DNA of 64,000 nucleotides. Source: Chthoniobacter flavus (GTDB lineage: Bacteria; Verrucomicrobiota; Verrucomicrobiia; Chthoniobacterales; Chthoniobacteraceae). Position 1 is the first letter of the stretch; each line of letters starts with the position of its first letter. Where the stretch lies: contig CAMARB010000001.1 of assembly GCA_945860355.1 (NCBI GenBank), forward strand, positions 459 through 64,458, read 5' to 3'. This document shows positions 9,134-17,767 of the stretch, in pieces. The translations under genes and the position numbers were made by a program. The notes beneath the pieces were generated by a model. The model was not told the DNA's origin. It saw only the letters and a list, made by a program, of their open reading frames with translations, and did no database searches.

Positions 9134-9168
9134 AAATGGGAGGAGAAACGAATTTCTCCTCCCATTTT
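9134..9168 (-). terminator. Rho-independent terminator of the H1-like gene
   Basis: A perfect 15-bp stem (AAATGGGAGGAGAAA / TTTCTCCTCCCATTT) with a CGAA loop, T-rich on both sides, lies just downstream of the stop at 9190. Confidence 0.7.
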
Positions 9169-9189
9169 AAGCTGGGTCTTGGTGGGGAC

Positions 9190-9450
9190 TTACTTCTTCG
9201 CCGCTGCTTTCGCAGCAGGCTTTTTAGCCGCCAACTTCTTGGCAGGTGCCTTCTTGACCGCCGCCTTCTTCGCCGGAGCCGCTTTCACGGCAGGCTTCTT
9301 TGCGGGAGCGGCCTTCTTTGCCGGGGCTGCCTTTTTGACAGGAGCCGCTTTCTTCGCAGGTGCAGCCTTCTTAGCCGGAGCTGCTTTCTTAACGGGCGCG
9401 GCCTTCTTTGCAGGAGCCGCTTTCTTTGCAGGAGCTTTCTTAATCGCCAT
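9190..9450 (-). CDS. Histone H1-like Lys/Ala/Pro-repeat nucleoid protein
   Basis: The 86-aa product is almost entirely AAPAKK/AAPVKK repeats (MAIKKAPAKKAAPAKKAAPVKK...). A G-rich RBS-like element (AAAGGGGGGATTATCAATG) precedes it and a strong terminator follows it. Confidence 0.75.
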   Translation of the reverse strand: MAIKKAPAKKAAPAKKAAPVKKAAPAKKAAPAKKAAPVKKAAPAKKAAPAKKPAVKAAPAKKAAVKKAPAKKLAAKKPAAKAAAKK

Positions 9451-9901
9451 TGATAATCCCCCCTTTCAAACCGCAGTAGCGGTTCACGGAAAATGTTGAG
9501 AGCAGTGATGTCACGCTTCTTTGTGTTGGTTAATCGGTCGCTTTATTTGCGTCAATAAGTTTTCACTTGATTGCGTCAAAAGTTTGCGTTCTCGCGAGTC
9601 GGTTATGCCTCAACTAAGCCGGTCGCGTGCCGCGGGCTCAGTTTTTTATTTTTGGGCGTGTGCCGCGATCCTTGTGAACAAGAGCATTCGCGGCGTGTCG
9701 CGCTTTCCTCCGATTGGATTTCGCGGCCGACGCGGCGTTGCCGGAGAACGTAGCCTCCATCAATCGCCGCTTGTGCGGTCCTCAGCCGATGCCCGGCAAC
9801 ACGGCCCGCATTTCCTGGCTCGCGAGGTTGGGTGAGAGCCGCGTTGTTGCCTGCAGCTTTCCCTTCAATCGGAGGGATGCATCCTCCGCAAAGCCTCTTC
9901 T

Positions 9902-10471
9902 TTACAGGGTTCCGGGCGATGCCGGTTCGTTTCCTGAGAGAATGTTTTCCGCGCACTCCACGATGCCCTCGACGCTCCAAAGCCGGCCCACGCCCTCGTA
10001 TCCGCATGCGAGTAAACCTTCCTCGGGGCCGATGAAACGCACGCCGCGGACGCGCAGTGTCTCGACGTTTTTCTGCGTCGCAGGATGTTGCCACATCTTC
10101 CCGTTCATCGCTGGCGCAATGAGCACCGGGGCGAGTGTGGCGAGAGCGATTTCTGTGAGCGGATGGTTGGCCATTCCATTCGCGAGTTCGGCGATGATGT
10201 TCGCTGTCGCAGGCGCTATCAGGAGCAGGGATGCGCGGTCCGCGAGCGCGATGTGGGCCGGCTGCCAGTGCTCGTATCCCTCGCGCCGAGGTGTGAGGAC
10301 CGGGTTGCGCGAAAGTGTTTGGAAACAGAGCGGTGTCATGAATTCCAAGGCGCCCTGAGTCATCACCACATGAACGTCGAAGTTGCGCTTGGTGAGCCTG
10401 CTGGTGAGGTCCGCTGCTTTGTAGGAGGCGATGGAGCCTGTGACTCCGAGCACGATGGTGGGCCGTGTCAT
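9902..10471 (-). CDS. coaC: Phosphopantothenoylcysteine decarboxylase (flavoprotein, CoaC half only)
   Basis: TIVLGVTGSIASYKA flavoprotein N-terminus and PAMNGKMW motif. Only ~189 aa, so no CoaB synthetase half. The ATG at 10471 overlaps the gmk stop (ATGA). Confidence 0.85.
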   Translation of the reverse strand: MTRPTIVLGVTGSIASYKAADLTSRLTKRNFDVHVVMTQGALEFMTPLCFQTLSRNPVLTPRREGYEHWQPAHIALADRASLLLIAPATANIIAELANGMANHPLTEIALATLAPVLIAPAMNGKMWQHPATQKNVETLRVRGVRFIGPEEGLLACGYEGVGRLWSVEGIVECAENILSGNEPASPGTL

Positions 10472-11121
10472 GCGAGTGCCAGCCGGCGGCTGAGGTAACG
10501 TTCCGCCCACATGATCGCCCGGAATTTCACGAGGTCTTCTTCGATGGCGCCCGTGACGATCGTGTACTTGTAGTCATGCCACGCCTCCATTTCCTTGGAC
10601 GCGTTGCCGAGGCGGATCTCGATCTGCTCCGCCGTCTCGGTCCCGCGTTTCATGAGGCGCCGACGCAGTTCGGCCATGCTTGGGGGCATGATGAACACGT
10701 CCGCCAACGCGGTGCGGATGCGTTCGCTGTCGCCGCGAATTTTGCGGGCGCCTTGAACATCGATGTCGATCATCACATCCACGCCCGCGTCGAGGTTTCG
10801 GGTGATGGTCTCGCGCAGGGTTCCGTAGTAGTTCCCGTGGACCTGCGCGTGTTCGATGAAGTCTCCGGCGGCGATCCGGCGTTCGAATTCCTGCTTGTCG
10901 AGAAAATGGTAGTCTTCCCCATCCACTTCCCCCGGGCGCGCGGGGCGTGTGGTGCAGGACACCGAATACACAAAATCCGGGGTCTGCCGGAGGGAGTTGA
11001 GCAGGGTGCTTTTACCAGCGCCCGATGGGGCCGAGACGACGAAGAGGATGCCTTGGCGCCTAAAAACCAGAGAGTTGGACGCGGCGGCCGGGTCCGTGGG
11101 ATGGGGTGTCGAGGAGAGCAC
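10468..11121 (-). CDS. gmk: Guanylate kinase
   Basis: P-loop SAPSGAGKSTL, TTRPARPGEVDGEDYHF and GNYYGT motifs. Confidence 0.95.
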   Translation of the reverse strand: MLSSTPHPTDPAAASNSLVFRRQGILFVVSAPSGAGKSTLLNSLRQTPDFVYSVSCTTRPARPGEVDGEDYHFLDKQEFERRIAAGDFIEHAQVHGNYYGTLRETITRNLDAGVDVMIDIDVQGARKIRGDSERIRTALADVFIMPPSMAELRRRLMKRGTETAEQIEIRLGNASKEMEAWHDYKYTIVTGAIEEDLVKFRAIMWAERYLSRRLALA

Positions 11122-11128
11122 GCGGTGT

Positions 11129-12004
11129 TTATTCGATGTTCTGGATCTGCTCGCGGACTTTTTCCATCTCCGACTTGCAGAGCACCACCAGCTGAGAGAT
11201 TTCGATGTCGTTGGCTTTGGCTCCCAAGGTGTTGAATTCGCGGCCGATCTCCTGCGTCATGAACTCGAGGGTGCGCCCGACGGGTTCGTCCTTGCGCAGA
11301 TGGCTCGCAAACTGCCCGAAATGGCTCTCCAGGCGGGTGAGTTCCTCGGTGATGTCACTTTTCTCCGCGAAGAAAATCACCTCCTTGGTCAGGCGTTCAT
11401 CGTCGAGCGGAAGATCGATTCCCGCGCGGTGGATCCGCTCCTGGAGCGACTGGCGGTAGCGTTTAATCACGTTTGGCTGGAGCTCGCCAATCTTGCCGAC
11501 GGCTTCCCGGACCAGCTTAAGTCGTTTGGTGAGGTCTTTCGCGAGGTGTTTGCCCTCGTTTTCACGCATCTTCACGAGATCCCCGAGCGCTTCCTTCAGC
11601 GCGGCCTCCACGTGCGGCCAAACCTCTTCGATCGCCGTTTCCTCCTCCGGCATCTGGATGACCCCAGGCGCCCTGAGCACGGTTTCAATGGTGATCTGGC
11701 CGGAGGCGCCGAGCTCATTCTGGAGATTGAGCATCGCTTGGTAATAGGTGCGGGCCAGATCCGTGTTGAGCGACAGGTTCCGGCCGACTCCCGGGGTGCG
11801 GTGCATGGCCACAACCACGTTGAGGCGCCCCCGGGACACTTCCGCGTTGATCATGTCCCGGATCCGCGGTTCGAGCTCGGAGAGCTCCCGGGGCAGCGTG
11901 ACCACGACGTCGCTTTGTTTGCGGTTCACCGAGTTGAGTTCGACGCTGAACTTGCTGCCTTGATTCAGGCTTTGGCCGCGTCCGTAGCCTGTCATGCTCC
12001 TCAT
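11129..12004 (-). CDS. yicC: YicC family stress-induced protein
   Basis: MRSMTGYGRG N-terminus, C-terminal EIGREFNTLGAKAND..EMEKVREQIQNIE, 291 aa, and the conserved yicC-gmk neighbourhood. Confidence 0.9.
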   Translation of the reverse strand: MRSMTGYGRGQSLNQGSKFSVELNSVNRKQSDVVVTLPRELSELEPRIRDMINAEVSRGRLNVVVAMHRTPGVGRNLSLNTDLARTYYQAMLNLQNELGASGQITIETVLRAPGVIQMPEEETAIEEVWPHVEAALKEALGDLVKMRENEGKHLAKDLTKRLKLVREAVGKIGELQPNVIKRYRQSLQERIHRAGIDLPLDDERLTKEVIFFAEKSDITEELTRLESHFGQFASHLRKDEPVGRTLEFMTQEIGREFNTLGAKANDIEISQLVVLCKSEMEKVREQIQNIE

Positions 12005-12052
12005 ATTGCGCTGGGGTGTGCTGCGGTTTTTTTGAGTCTTCTCGCCAGAAGT

Positions 12053-13249
12053 TTACTTGAGGAGAAGTTGCGCGGCCTGAGCCACGTCTTTGTCGCCGCG
12101 TCCGGAGAGGTTCACGACGATGAGTGAATCGCTGGGCATTTGGGGCGCCACTTTCAGCACGTGGGCGATTGCGTGGGAGGTTTCCAGCGCGGGAATGATG
12201 CCTTCCACCTCGGAGAGCTTCCGGAAAGCCGCCAGCGCTTCGTCATCCGTGGCGTAGTCGTATGAGATCCGGCCCAAATCCCGGAGGTAAGCGTGCTCGG
12301 GCCCAATCGCGGCGTAGTCGAGTCCCGCGGAGACCGAGTGGGTGAGCTGGATCTGGCCATCGGCATCGGCCAGGAGATAGGTTTTTGTGCCCTGGAGGAC
12401 TCCCAGTTTTCCGCCCTGGAACCGCGCGGCGTGCGCGCCGACCTCGATGCCGTGGCCGCCGGCCTCGACTCCGACCATGCGCACGCCCGTGTCCTTAAGG
12501 AATGGCCAAAACAGGCCGATGGAGTTGCTGCCCCCGCCCACGCACGCCACGAGCAAATCGGGAAGACGCTCCTCGCGTTCGAGGATCTGCCTGCGCGCTT
12601 CGTCGCCGATGACCCTGTGGAAATCCCGGACCATCATCGGATAAGGGTGGGAGCCGAGCGCGGAGCCCAGAATGTAGTGGGTGGAGCGGACATTGGTGAC
12701 CCAATCCCGCATCGCCTCGTTGATGGCTTCTTTGAGGGTGGCCTGGCCGGCGGTGACAGCGACCACTTTTGCGCCCAGAAAACGCATCCGCGCGACGTTG
12801 AGCGCCTGGCGTTCCATGTCCACCGCGCCCATGTAAATCACGCATTCGAGTCCCGCCCGGGCTGCCACGGTTGCCGTGGCGACGCCGTGTTGTCCCGCGC
12901 CGGTCTCGGCGATGATCCGGGTTTTGCCCATCCGCTGCGCGAGTAGAATCTGCCCCAGCGCGTTGTTGATCTTGTGCGCGCCCGTGTGGAGAAGGTCTTC
13001 CCGCTTGAGGTAGATCTTCGCGCCGCCGAGTTGCCTAGTCAGGCGTTCAGCCAAATAGAGCGGTGTGGGTCGGCCCGCGAACTCCCGAAGAACATTTGCC
13101 AGTTGCGACTGAAACTCTTCGTCGCCGCGCACTTTTTCGTATTCGGCGGTGAGTTCGTTGAGCGCTGTGATCAGGGTTTCAGGCACAAACATCCCTCCGT
13201 AGGGCCCGAAATGCCCGTGCTGATCTGGCAACGATTCGAGGTCAATCAT
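12053..13249 (-). CDS. trpB: Tryptophan synthase beta chain
   Basis: [25 protein letters not shown] (PLP Lys), GGGSNSIG; 398 aa. Confidence 0.97.
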   Translation of the reverse strand: MIDLESLPDQHGHFGPYGGMFVPETLITALNELTAEYEKVRGDEEFQSQLANVLREFAGRPTPLYLAERLTRQLGGAKIYLKREDLLHTGAHKINNALGQILLAQRMGKTRIIAETGAGQHGVATATVAARAGLECVIYMGAVDMERQALNVARMRFLGAKVVAVTAGQATLKEAINEAMRDWVTNVRSTHYILGSALGSHPYPMMVRDFHRVIGDEARRQILEREERLPDLLVACVGGGSNSIGLFWPFLKDTGVRMVGVEAGGHGIEVGAHAARFQGGKLGVLQGTKTYLLADADGQIQLTHSVSAGLDYAAIGPEHAYLRDLGRISYDYATDDEALAAFRKLSEVEGIIPALETSHAIAHVLKVAPQMPSDSLIVVNLSGRGDKDVAQAAQLLLK

Positions 13250-13356
13250 AGGGGGGCAACACTAGGCTTCGCGGCCGTGGCCTGCAAAGGGTTTTCCCAG
13301 TGGCGCTCCTTCGCACTGCTCAAATAGACCGACGTACCGACGTGACGGCCGCGGAG

Positions 13357-13833
13357 CTAGTAGATGAGCGGCTCGGGAAGCTGCAACGCGTTCTCGAGCA
13401 CGCGGAATCTCGCCTCGCCGCCTTCAAACCACACCTCCACAATATCAAACCGAAAGGGGATCCCGGGGTTGCCCAGCAGTTTGAGCCAGGCGAGCGCGCC
13501 TCTTGCGATGAGCCTCTGCTTGGCCGGGGTGACTGCGCTGGAGGGGGCGCCGTATCGCAGGCTGCGCCGCGTCTTTACCTCGACAAACACCAGTGTTCCT
13601 CCCGCTTTTTCTCGGCATACCAGATCCACTTCGCCGCCCCGTTTCCCACGGAAATTCCGGTGGAGAACCTTGTACCCGAGACTCCGCAAATGGCGGGCCG
13701 CCAAATTCTCCCCGAGAACACCGAGTCGGATTTTCTGGGAGGCCGATTGGGAGCGCGCGGCTGATTTAGGCCAGAGGCAAAAGCGCCTGCTGTACTGGAA
13801 GAAAACTGCGGCGATGGATTGCGCAAGGCCCAT
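13357..13833 (-). CDS. yraN: YraN family (UPF0102) endonuclease-like protein
   Basis: LGENLAARHLRSLGYKVLHRNFRGKRGGEVDLVCRE..LVFVEVKTR..FRFDIVEV core. No ATG/GTG/TTG exists downstream of the rnhB stop, so the first usable start is ATG 13833, giving a 68-nt overlap with rnhB. Confidence 0.8.
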   Translation of the reverse strand: MGLAQSIAAVFFQYSRRFCLWPKSAARSQSASQKIRLGVLGENLAARHLRSLGYKVLHRNFRGKRGGEVDLVCREKAGGTLVFVEVKTRRSLRYGAPSSAVTPAKQRLIARGALAWLKLLGNPGIPFRFDIVEVWFEGGEARFRVLENALQLPEPLIY

Positions 13834-14395
13834 GGGTTCGGAGTCGCTCCAAGTGGAGGGCCGTACCGTAGCCTTTGTGTCGCCCGAATTCGTATCCGGG
13901 GTACACCTCATCCATTTCCTGCATGAGCCGATCCCTGGTGACCTTGGCCAGAATACTCGCTGCGGCGATGCTGTAGCTCAATCCGTCGCCGCCCACCAAT
14001 GCGGTTTGGGGCAGGGGAAAGCCGGGCACGGGCAGCCCGTCGATGAGCACGTGTTGAGGGGTGAATCGTAGCCGGGCAACGGCTCGCCGCATCGCTTCGT
14101 GAGTGGCCCTCAGAATGTTGATCCGGTCGATTTCCTCGGGGCCCACGGCTTCCACCGCCCAGCAAATGTCGGGAGCCGAGGTCAGCTCCAGATAGAGTTT
14201 CTCACGTTGCCGGTGCGTGAGTTTTTTCGAGTCCCGGAGCACGGGATGGGCGAAATGCGCCGGTAAAATTGCGGCGGCTGCGACCACAGGGCCGGCCAGC
14301 GGGCCGCGCCCGGCTTCGTCGACGCCCGCAACGACCTGGCAGCCTTTCGATCGCAGGGCGTCCTCATGCTGAAGACTGCAGGGAAGGGGGGCCAT
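13766..14395 (-). CDS. rnhB: Ribonuclease HII
   Basis: VAGVDEAGRGPLAGPVVAAA catalytic N-terminus, DSKKL, and the GYPS-like motif (VYPGYEFGRHKGYGT). Confidence 0.93.
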   Translation of the reverse strand: MAPLPCSLQHEDALRSKGCQVVAGVDEAGRGPLAGPVVAAAAILPAHFAHPVLRDSKKLTHRQREKLYLELTSAPDICWAVEAVGPEEIDRINILRATHEAMRRAVARLRFTPQHVLIDGLPVPGFPLPQTALVGGDGLSYSIAAASILAKVTRDRLMQEMDEVYPGYEFGRHKGYGTALHLERLRTHGPCAIHRRSFLPVQQALLPLA

Positions 14396-14407
14396 GGCGG
14401 GGTGATC

Positions 14408-14465
14408 AAAAAAAATGACCGGTGCTGCCTTTGCCCCGGAGAGGGGAGACGGGCGACACCGGTCA
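14408..14465 (-). terminator. Probable terminator downstream of rplS
   Basis: On the minus strand, a 9-bp stem TGACCGGTG/CACCGGTCA with an internal GC-rich sub-hairpin is followed by TTTTTTTT. It lies 27 nt after the rplS stop. Confidence 0.55.
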
Positions 14466-14491
14466 GTTTGAAAGGAACGAAATTGTGTGGG

Positions 14492-14854
14492 CTAGTTCTT
14501 CCGGGCGGAAGCTTTCTCACGCACAGCCATGGCCTGCTTGCCCTTGCGGGAGCGCAGGTAGTTGAGCTTGGCGCGGCGGGCTGTGCCGGCGGTCTCCACC
14601 TCGATCTTGGAAATCCGAGGGGAATGCAGCGGGAAAACGCGCTCCACACCTTCGCCGTAGGAGATGCGGCGCACGGTGAAGGCCGCGTTGAGCAGGGTGC
14701 CTTTGCGGCCGATGACAATGCCGGTGAAAATCTGGATCCGCTCCTTCTCACCTTCCTTGACGACGGTATGCACGCGAACGCTGTCACCAACGTTGAACTT
14801 GGTGACTTCTTTCTTGAGTTGTTCCTGCTCGATTTTCTGGATGATCTTGTTCAT
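14492..14854 (-). CDS. rplS: 50S ribosomal protein L19
   Basis: [61 protein letters not shown] 14854 is chosen inside the longer ORF. Confidence 0.95.
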   Translation of the reverse strand: MNKIIQKIEQEQLKKEVTKFNVGDSVRVHTVVKEGEKERIQIFTGIVIGRKGTLLNAAFTVRRISYGEGVERVFPLHSPRISKIEVETAGTARRAKLNYLRSRKGKQAMAVREKASARKN

Positions 14855-14951
14855 GGCGCAAATACCTCTCGATGGGTGTAGAAAGGGGTGAGAGGAGTAT
14901 CCTAAATTTCCAGCGGCGCAACTGGAAAAATCAATGCATGTTGCCTCTTTC

Positions 14952-15425
14952 ATGGACGACCTTATCGATTTGCATAGCGACAGCTACTTTATGGGCGAAG
15001 CCCTGCGCCAGGCGCGGAAAGCCTGGGAGGCCGAGGAAGTGCCCGTCGGGGCGGTGGTTGTGCACCAGGGCAGAATCATCGCCCGGGCCCACAACCAGGT
15101 GGAGATTCTCAACGACGCCACGGCTCACGCGGAAATGTTGGCCATTACCCAGGCGGAGAGTGTGATGGGGGATTGGCGGCTCCATGAATGCGAGCTTTAC
15201 GTCACCAAAGAGCCCTGCCCGATGTGCGCCGGGGCCATGGTCCATGTCCGATTCAAAAGGGTGATCTTTGGTTGCCTCTCCTCAAAGGACGGCGCCGCGG
15301 GAAGCCTGATGAACCTCCTTCAGCATCCGCAGCTCAATCACCGTTGCGACGTCACCCCCGGCGTGCGCCGCGAGGAATGCGCTCAAATGCTCCAGGCTTT
15401 TTTCAGGGAACGGCGCGGCGGGTAA
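14952..15425 (+). CDS. tadA: tRNA adenosine(34) deaminase
   Basis: Zinc motifs HAEMLAI and EPCPMCAGA. Start ATG 14952 ([18 protein letters not shown]). Confidence 0.9.
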   Translation: MDDLIDLHSDSYFMGEALRQARKAWEAEEVPVGAVVVHQGRIIARAHNQVEILNDATAHAEMLAITQAESVMGDWRLHECELYVTKEPCPMCAGAMVHVRFKRVIFGCLSSKDGAAGSLMNLLQHPQLNHRCDVTPGVRREECAQMLQAFFRERRGG

Positions 15426-15476
15426 CCTCCCGGGAAGCAGGGGGGGGCATCTCAGGGGGGGGCAAGGCGCCAAGGA

Positions 15477-16448
15477 TCAGAGAATCAGCATGCAATCCCC
15501 GTAACTGAAGAAGCGGTAACGTTCCTTCACGGCCTCGGCGTAGGCGTGCAGCGTCAATTCTCTCCCCACAATGGCGCTCACGAGCATGAGCAGAGTGGAT
15601 TTGGGGAGATGAAAGTTGGTCAGGAGCGCGTCGACCGCCCGGAAACGGTATCCGGGATAGATGAAAATATCCGTGGCGCCCTCGTGCGGGAGCAGGGGGC
15701 GTCCGCAGGATTCGAGCACGCGCGTCGTGGTGGTGCCGATCGCGACGATCCGCCGAGCCGCGTTGATGGCCTGGGCCGCGTCGGGGAGAATGTGGTAGCG
15801 CTCCGAGTGCATCCGATGTTCCGTGACGACCTCGGCCTGAACTGGGCGGAAGGTGCCCACGCCCACATGCAGAGTCACAAAGGCGTGGGGGATTTGGGCC
15901 AGGATCTCCGGCGTGAAATGCAGGCCCGCCGTCGGGGCCGCCACCGCCCCGCGTTCCTTGGCGTAGACGGTCTGATACCGGTCGCTGTCCTCGGCTTGAG
16001 GTTGCCTCGAAAAATACGGCGGCAGGGGGAGCTCTCCCGCCTTGTCCAGATCCACCGGCCCGTCAAATCCGATGATGCGCTCCCCGTCGGGGCAGATCTC
16101 CAAGACGCGGCCTTTGGCGCCGGGAATCTCCACCTGCTGGCCCACGCGCATCCTGCGTCCGGGACGCACCATACACTTCCAAGTGTTTTCGCCGACCGCT
16201 TCAAGGAAGAGGAGTTCAATCCGGCCGTCATTCGAGAAGACGCGGGCCGGGATCACCTTGGTGTTGTTGAGGACCACCAGGGCATCCGGGCCGATCAACG
16301 CGGGGAAGTCGGTGAAGTGCCGGTGTTCGATGCGTTGTTCTTCCCTATGAATGACGAGCATCCTGGATTGCCCCCGCCGGGGCGCGGGATGCCGGGCAAT
16401 CAACTCCTCGGGCAGTGCGTAATCGTAATCGTTGGTTAAAAGGCTCAC
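15477..16448 (-). CDS. queA: S-adenosylmethionine:tRNA ribosyltransferase-isomerase
   Basis: YDYALPEELIARHPA, VLNNTKVIPAR, LPPYF, VAAPTAGLHFT, HVGVGTF, GTTTTRVLES. The GTG at 16448 overlaps the upstream stop (GTGA). Confidence 0.9.
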   Translation of the reverse strand: MSLLTNDYDYALPEELIARHPAPRRGQSRMLVIHREEQRIEHRHFTDFPALIGPDALVVLNNTKVIPARVFSNDGRIELLFLEAVGENTWKCMVRPGRRMRVGQQVEIPGAKGRVLEICPDGERIIGFDGPVDLDKAGELPLPPYFSRQPQAEDSDRYQTVYAKERGAVAAPTAGLHFTPEILAQIPHAFVTLHVGVGTFRPVQAEVVTEHRMHSERYHILPDAAQAINAARRIVAIGTTTTRVLESCGRPLLPHEGATDIFIYPGYRFRAVDALLTNFHLPKSTLLMLVSAIVGRELTLHAYAEAVKERYRFFSYGDCMLIL

Positions 16449-17767
16449 GGGATGAACGGATTGGTTGTTTTTGAAAGTTGCCGGAGAGGGTTTGTCCAGT
16501 GCCACGCTGCCAGCGCCGGGATCAAGACAATGGCGCGGGTGATGAGATTGGGTTCCCACGCGTTCCAGAGCGGAGTTGACTCCCAAAGCAGCAGGGCTCC
16601 GAGCACGCTGAGGGAAAAAACGCTCCAGGGCGCAGAACGCCGCCAGCAAGCCAGAGGCAGAATCCACGTCACATACCAGGGGTGCAGCACCGGGCTGAGC
16701 ACGAGCGCCGATCCCATGGACCAGAAGGCGCAACGGTGCCAGTCATTTTTGAATCGATAAAAGCTCCAGAGGATCGCGCCTCCCAGGGCGAGGATGAATG
16801 GCCAGTTGCGCTGATAGGGGTTTGGGCCGGTGAACGCCTCAATCGCCCACCAAAGGGTGTCATTGAACCGGGCCGTGTTGGCGAAATTCCCCAAGGGACT
16901 GAGCACGGTGGCGATTCCGCCGAAGGTCAGGCTGCACAACGCGGGAATGACGGCGCAAAGCGCCAGGGCCGCGCTTTTACCCCGGAGCGCGCGTGTCCAG
17001 GCCGGAATCAGAAGAGCCGGGACAAATTTAATCGCGATCGCCGCTCCCAGGAGCGCGCAAGAGCCCAAGGCCGCGCTCCAGCGCAGTGGCGCCCGTTCTT
17101 TTAAGGAGATGTGCAGGATCGCGAGGCTCGCCGTCATGGGCAGGAGCATCAGGCTGTCGTAGTGCGCCCCTCCCGCAAACGCGTAAACCACGGCGGGATT
17201 CCACGCGTACCAAGCCGCATCCCGGAGCCCTCCGGCGCAAAGCCGGATCAGTAGCGCGCAAGTGAGGAGATCGGCGGCGACGAACACCAGTTTGAATCCG
17301 AGCACCGAGTGCGTGACCCGGGTGATTCCATGAAAGGCGAGTTGCGCCAAAGGGGGATAAATTGCGGCCGCATCCGGGTGATTGATCTTCGTCCACGTGA
17401 CATCCCTGAGCGCGGCGAGCTCCGGCGCTGTGGGGGCGAGGGTGTACGGGTTGAAGCCGTGCAGCTGGATCCGGCCTTCCCAGAGGTACCGCCAGAAATC
17501 GTCGCCCGGCTCGCAGCCCAGCATCGCCAGCCTCAGGAGCAGCGCACCCGACCAGAAAATGATGGGGCTTGGACCGATCGGCGAGCCAACTCCCGCCGCG
17601 GAGGCTGCGGTGTTTTTAAACCGGCGGACGGCCAGCAGGAACAGCCCGCCGGCGACAAACATGAGGAGAACAAAACGCAGGGAGGCGCCCGGCCGGGTAA
17701 AGTCGCCAAAGAAGCTCGCGGCCCAGAGTGCCGCCGCTTCCAGGGCGAGGAACCCGCCAAGGCGCAT
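16445..17767 (-). CDS. GT-C membrane glycosyl/mannosyltransferase, DUF2029/GT87 (PimE)-like
   Basis: About 10 TM helices. The first loop has GDDFWRYLWEGRIQLHGFNPY...AAIYPPLAQL, which matches the DUF2029 signature as I recall it. ATG 17767 shares its A with the upstream TGA (TGATG). Confidence 0.75.
   Translation of the reverse strand: MRLGGFLALEAAALWAASFFGDFTRPGASLRFVLLMFVAGGLFLLAVRRFKNTAASAAGVGSPIGPSPIIFWSGALLLRLAMLGCEPGDDFWRYLWEGRIQLHGFNPYTLAPTAPELAALRDVTWTKINHPDAAAIYPPLAQLAFHGITRVTHSVLGFKLVFVAADLLTCALLIRLCAGGLRDAAWYAWNPAVVYAFAGGAHYDSLMLLPMTASLAILHISLKERAPLRWSAALGSCALLGAAIAIKFVPALLIPAWTRALRGKSAALALCAVIPALCSLTFGGIATVLSPLGNFANTARFNDTLWWAIEAFTGPNPYQRNWPFILALGGAILWSFYRFKNDWHRCAFWSMGSALVLSPVLHPWYVTWILPLACWRRSAPWSVFSLSVLGALLLWESTPLWNAWEPNLITRAIVLIPALAAWHWTNPLRQLSKTTNPFIP

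Noticed and set aside
8765-9499. 244-aa plus-strand ORF with an FAGAAF repeat opposite the H1-like gene.
   Set aside because: It is the mirror image of the KAAP repeat. It also runs antisense through the well-supported inositol monophosphatase gene. The minus-strand gene has the RBS-like element and the terminator.
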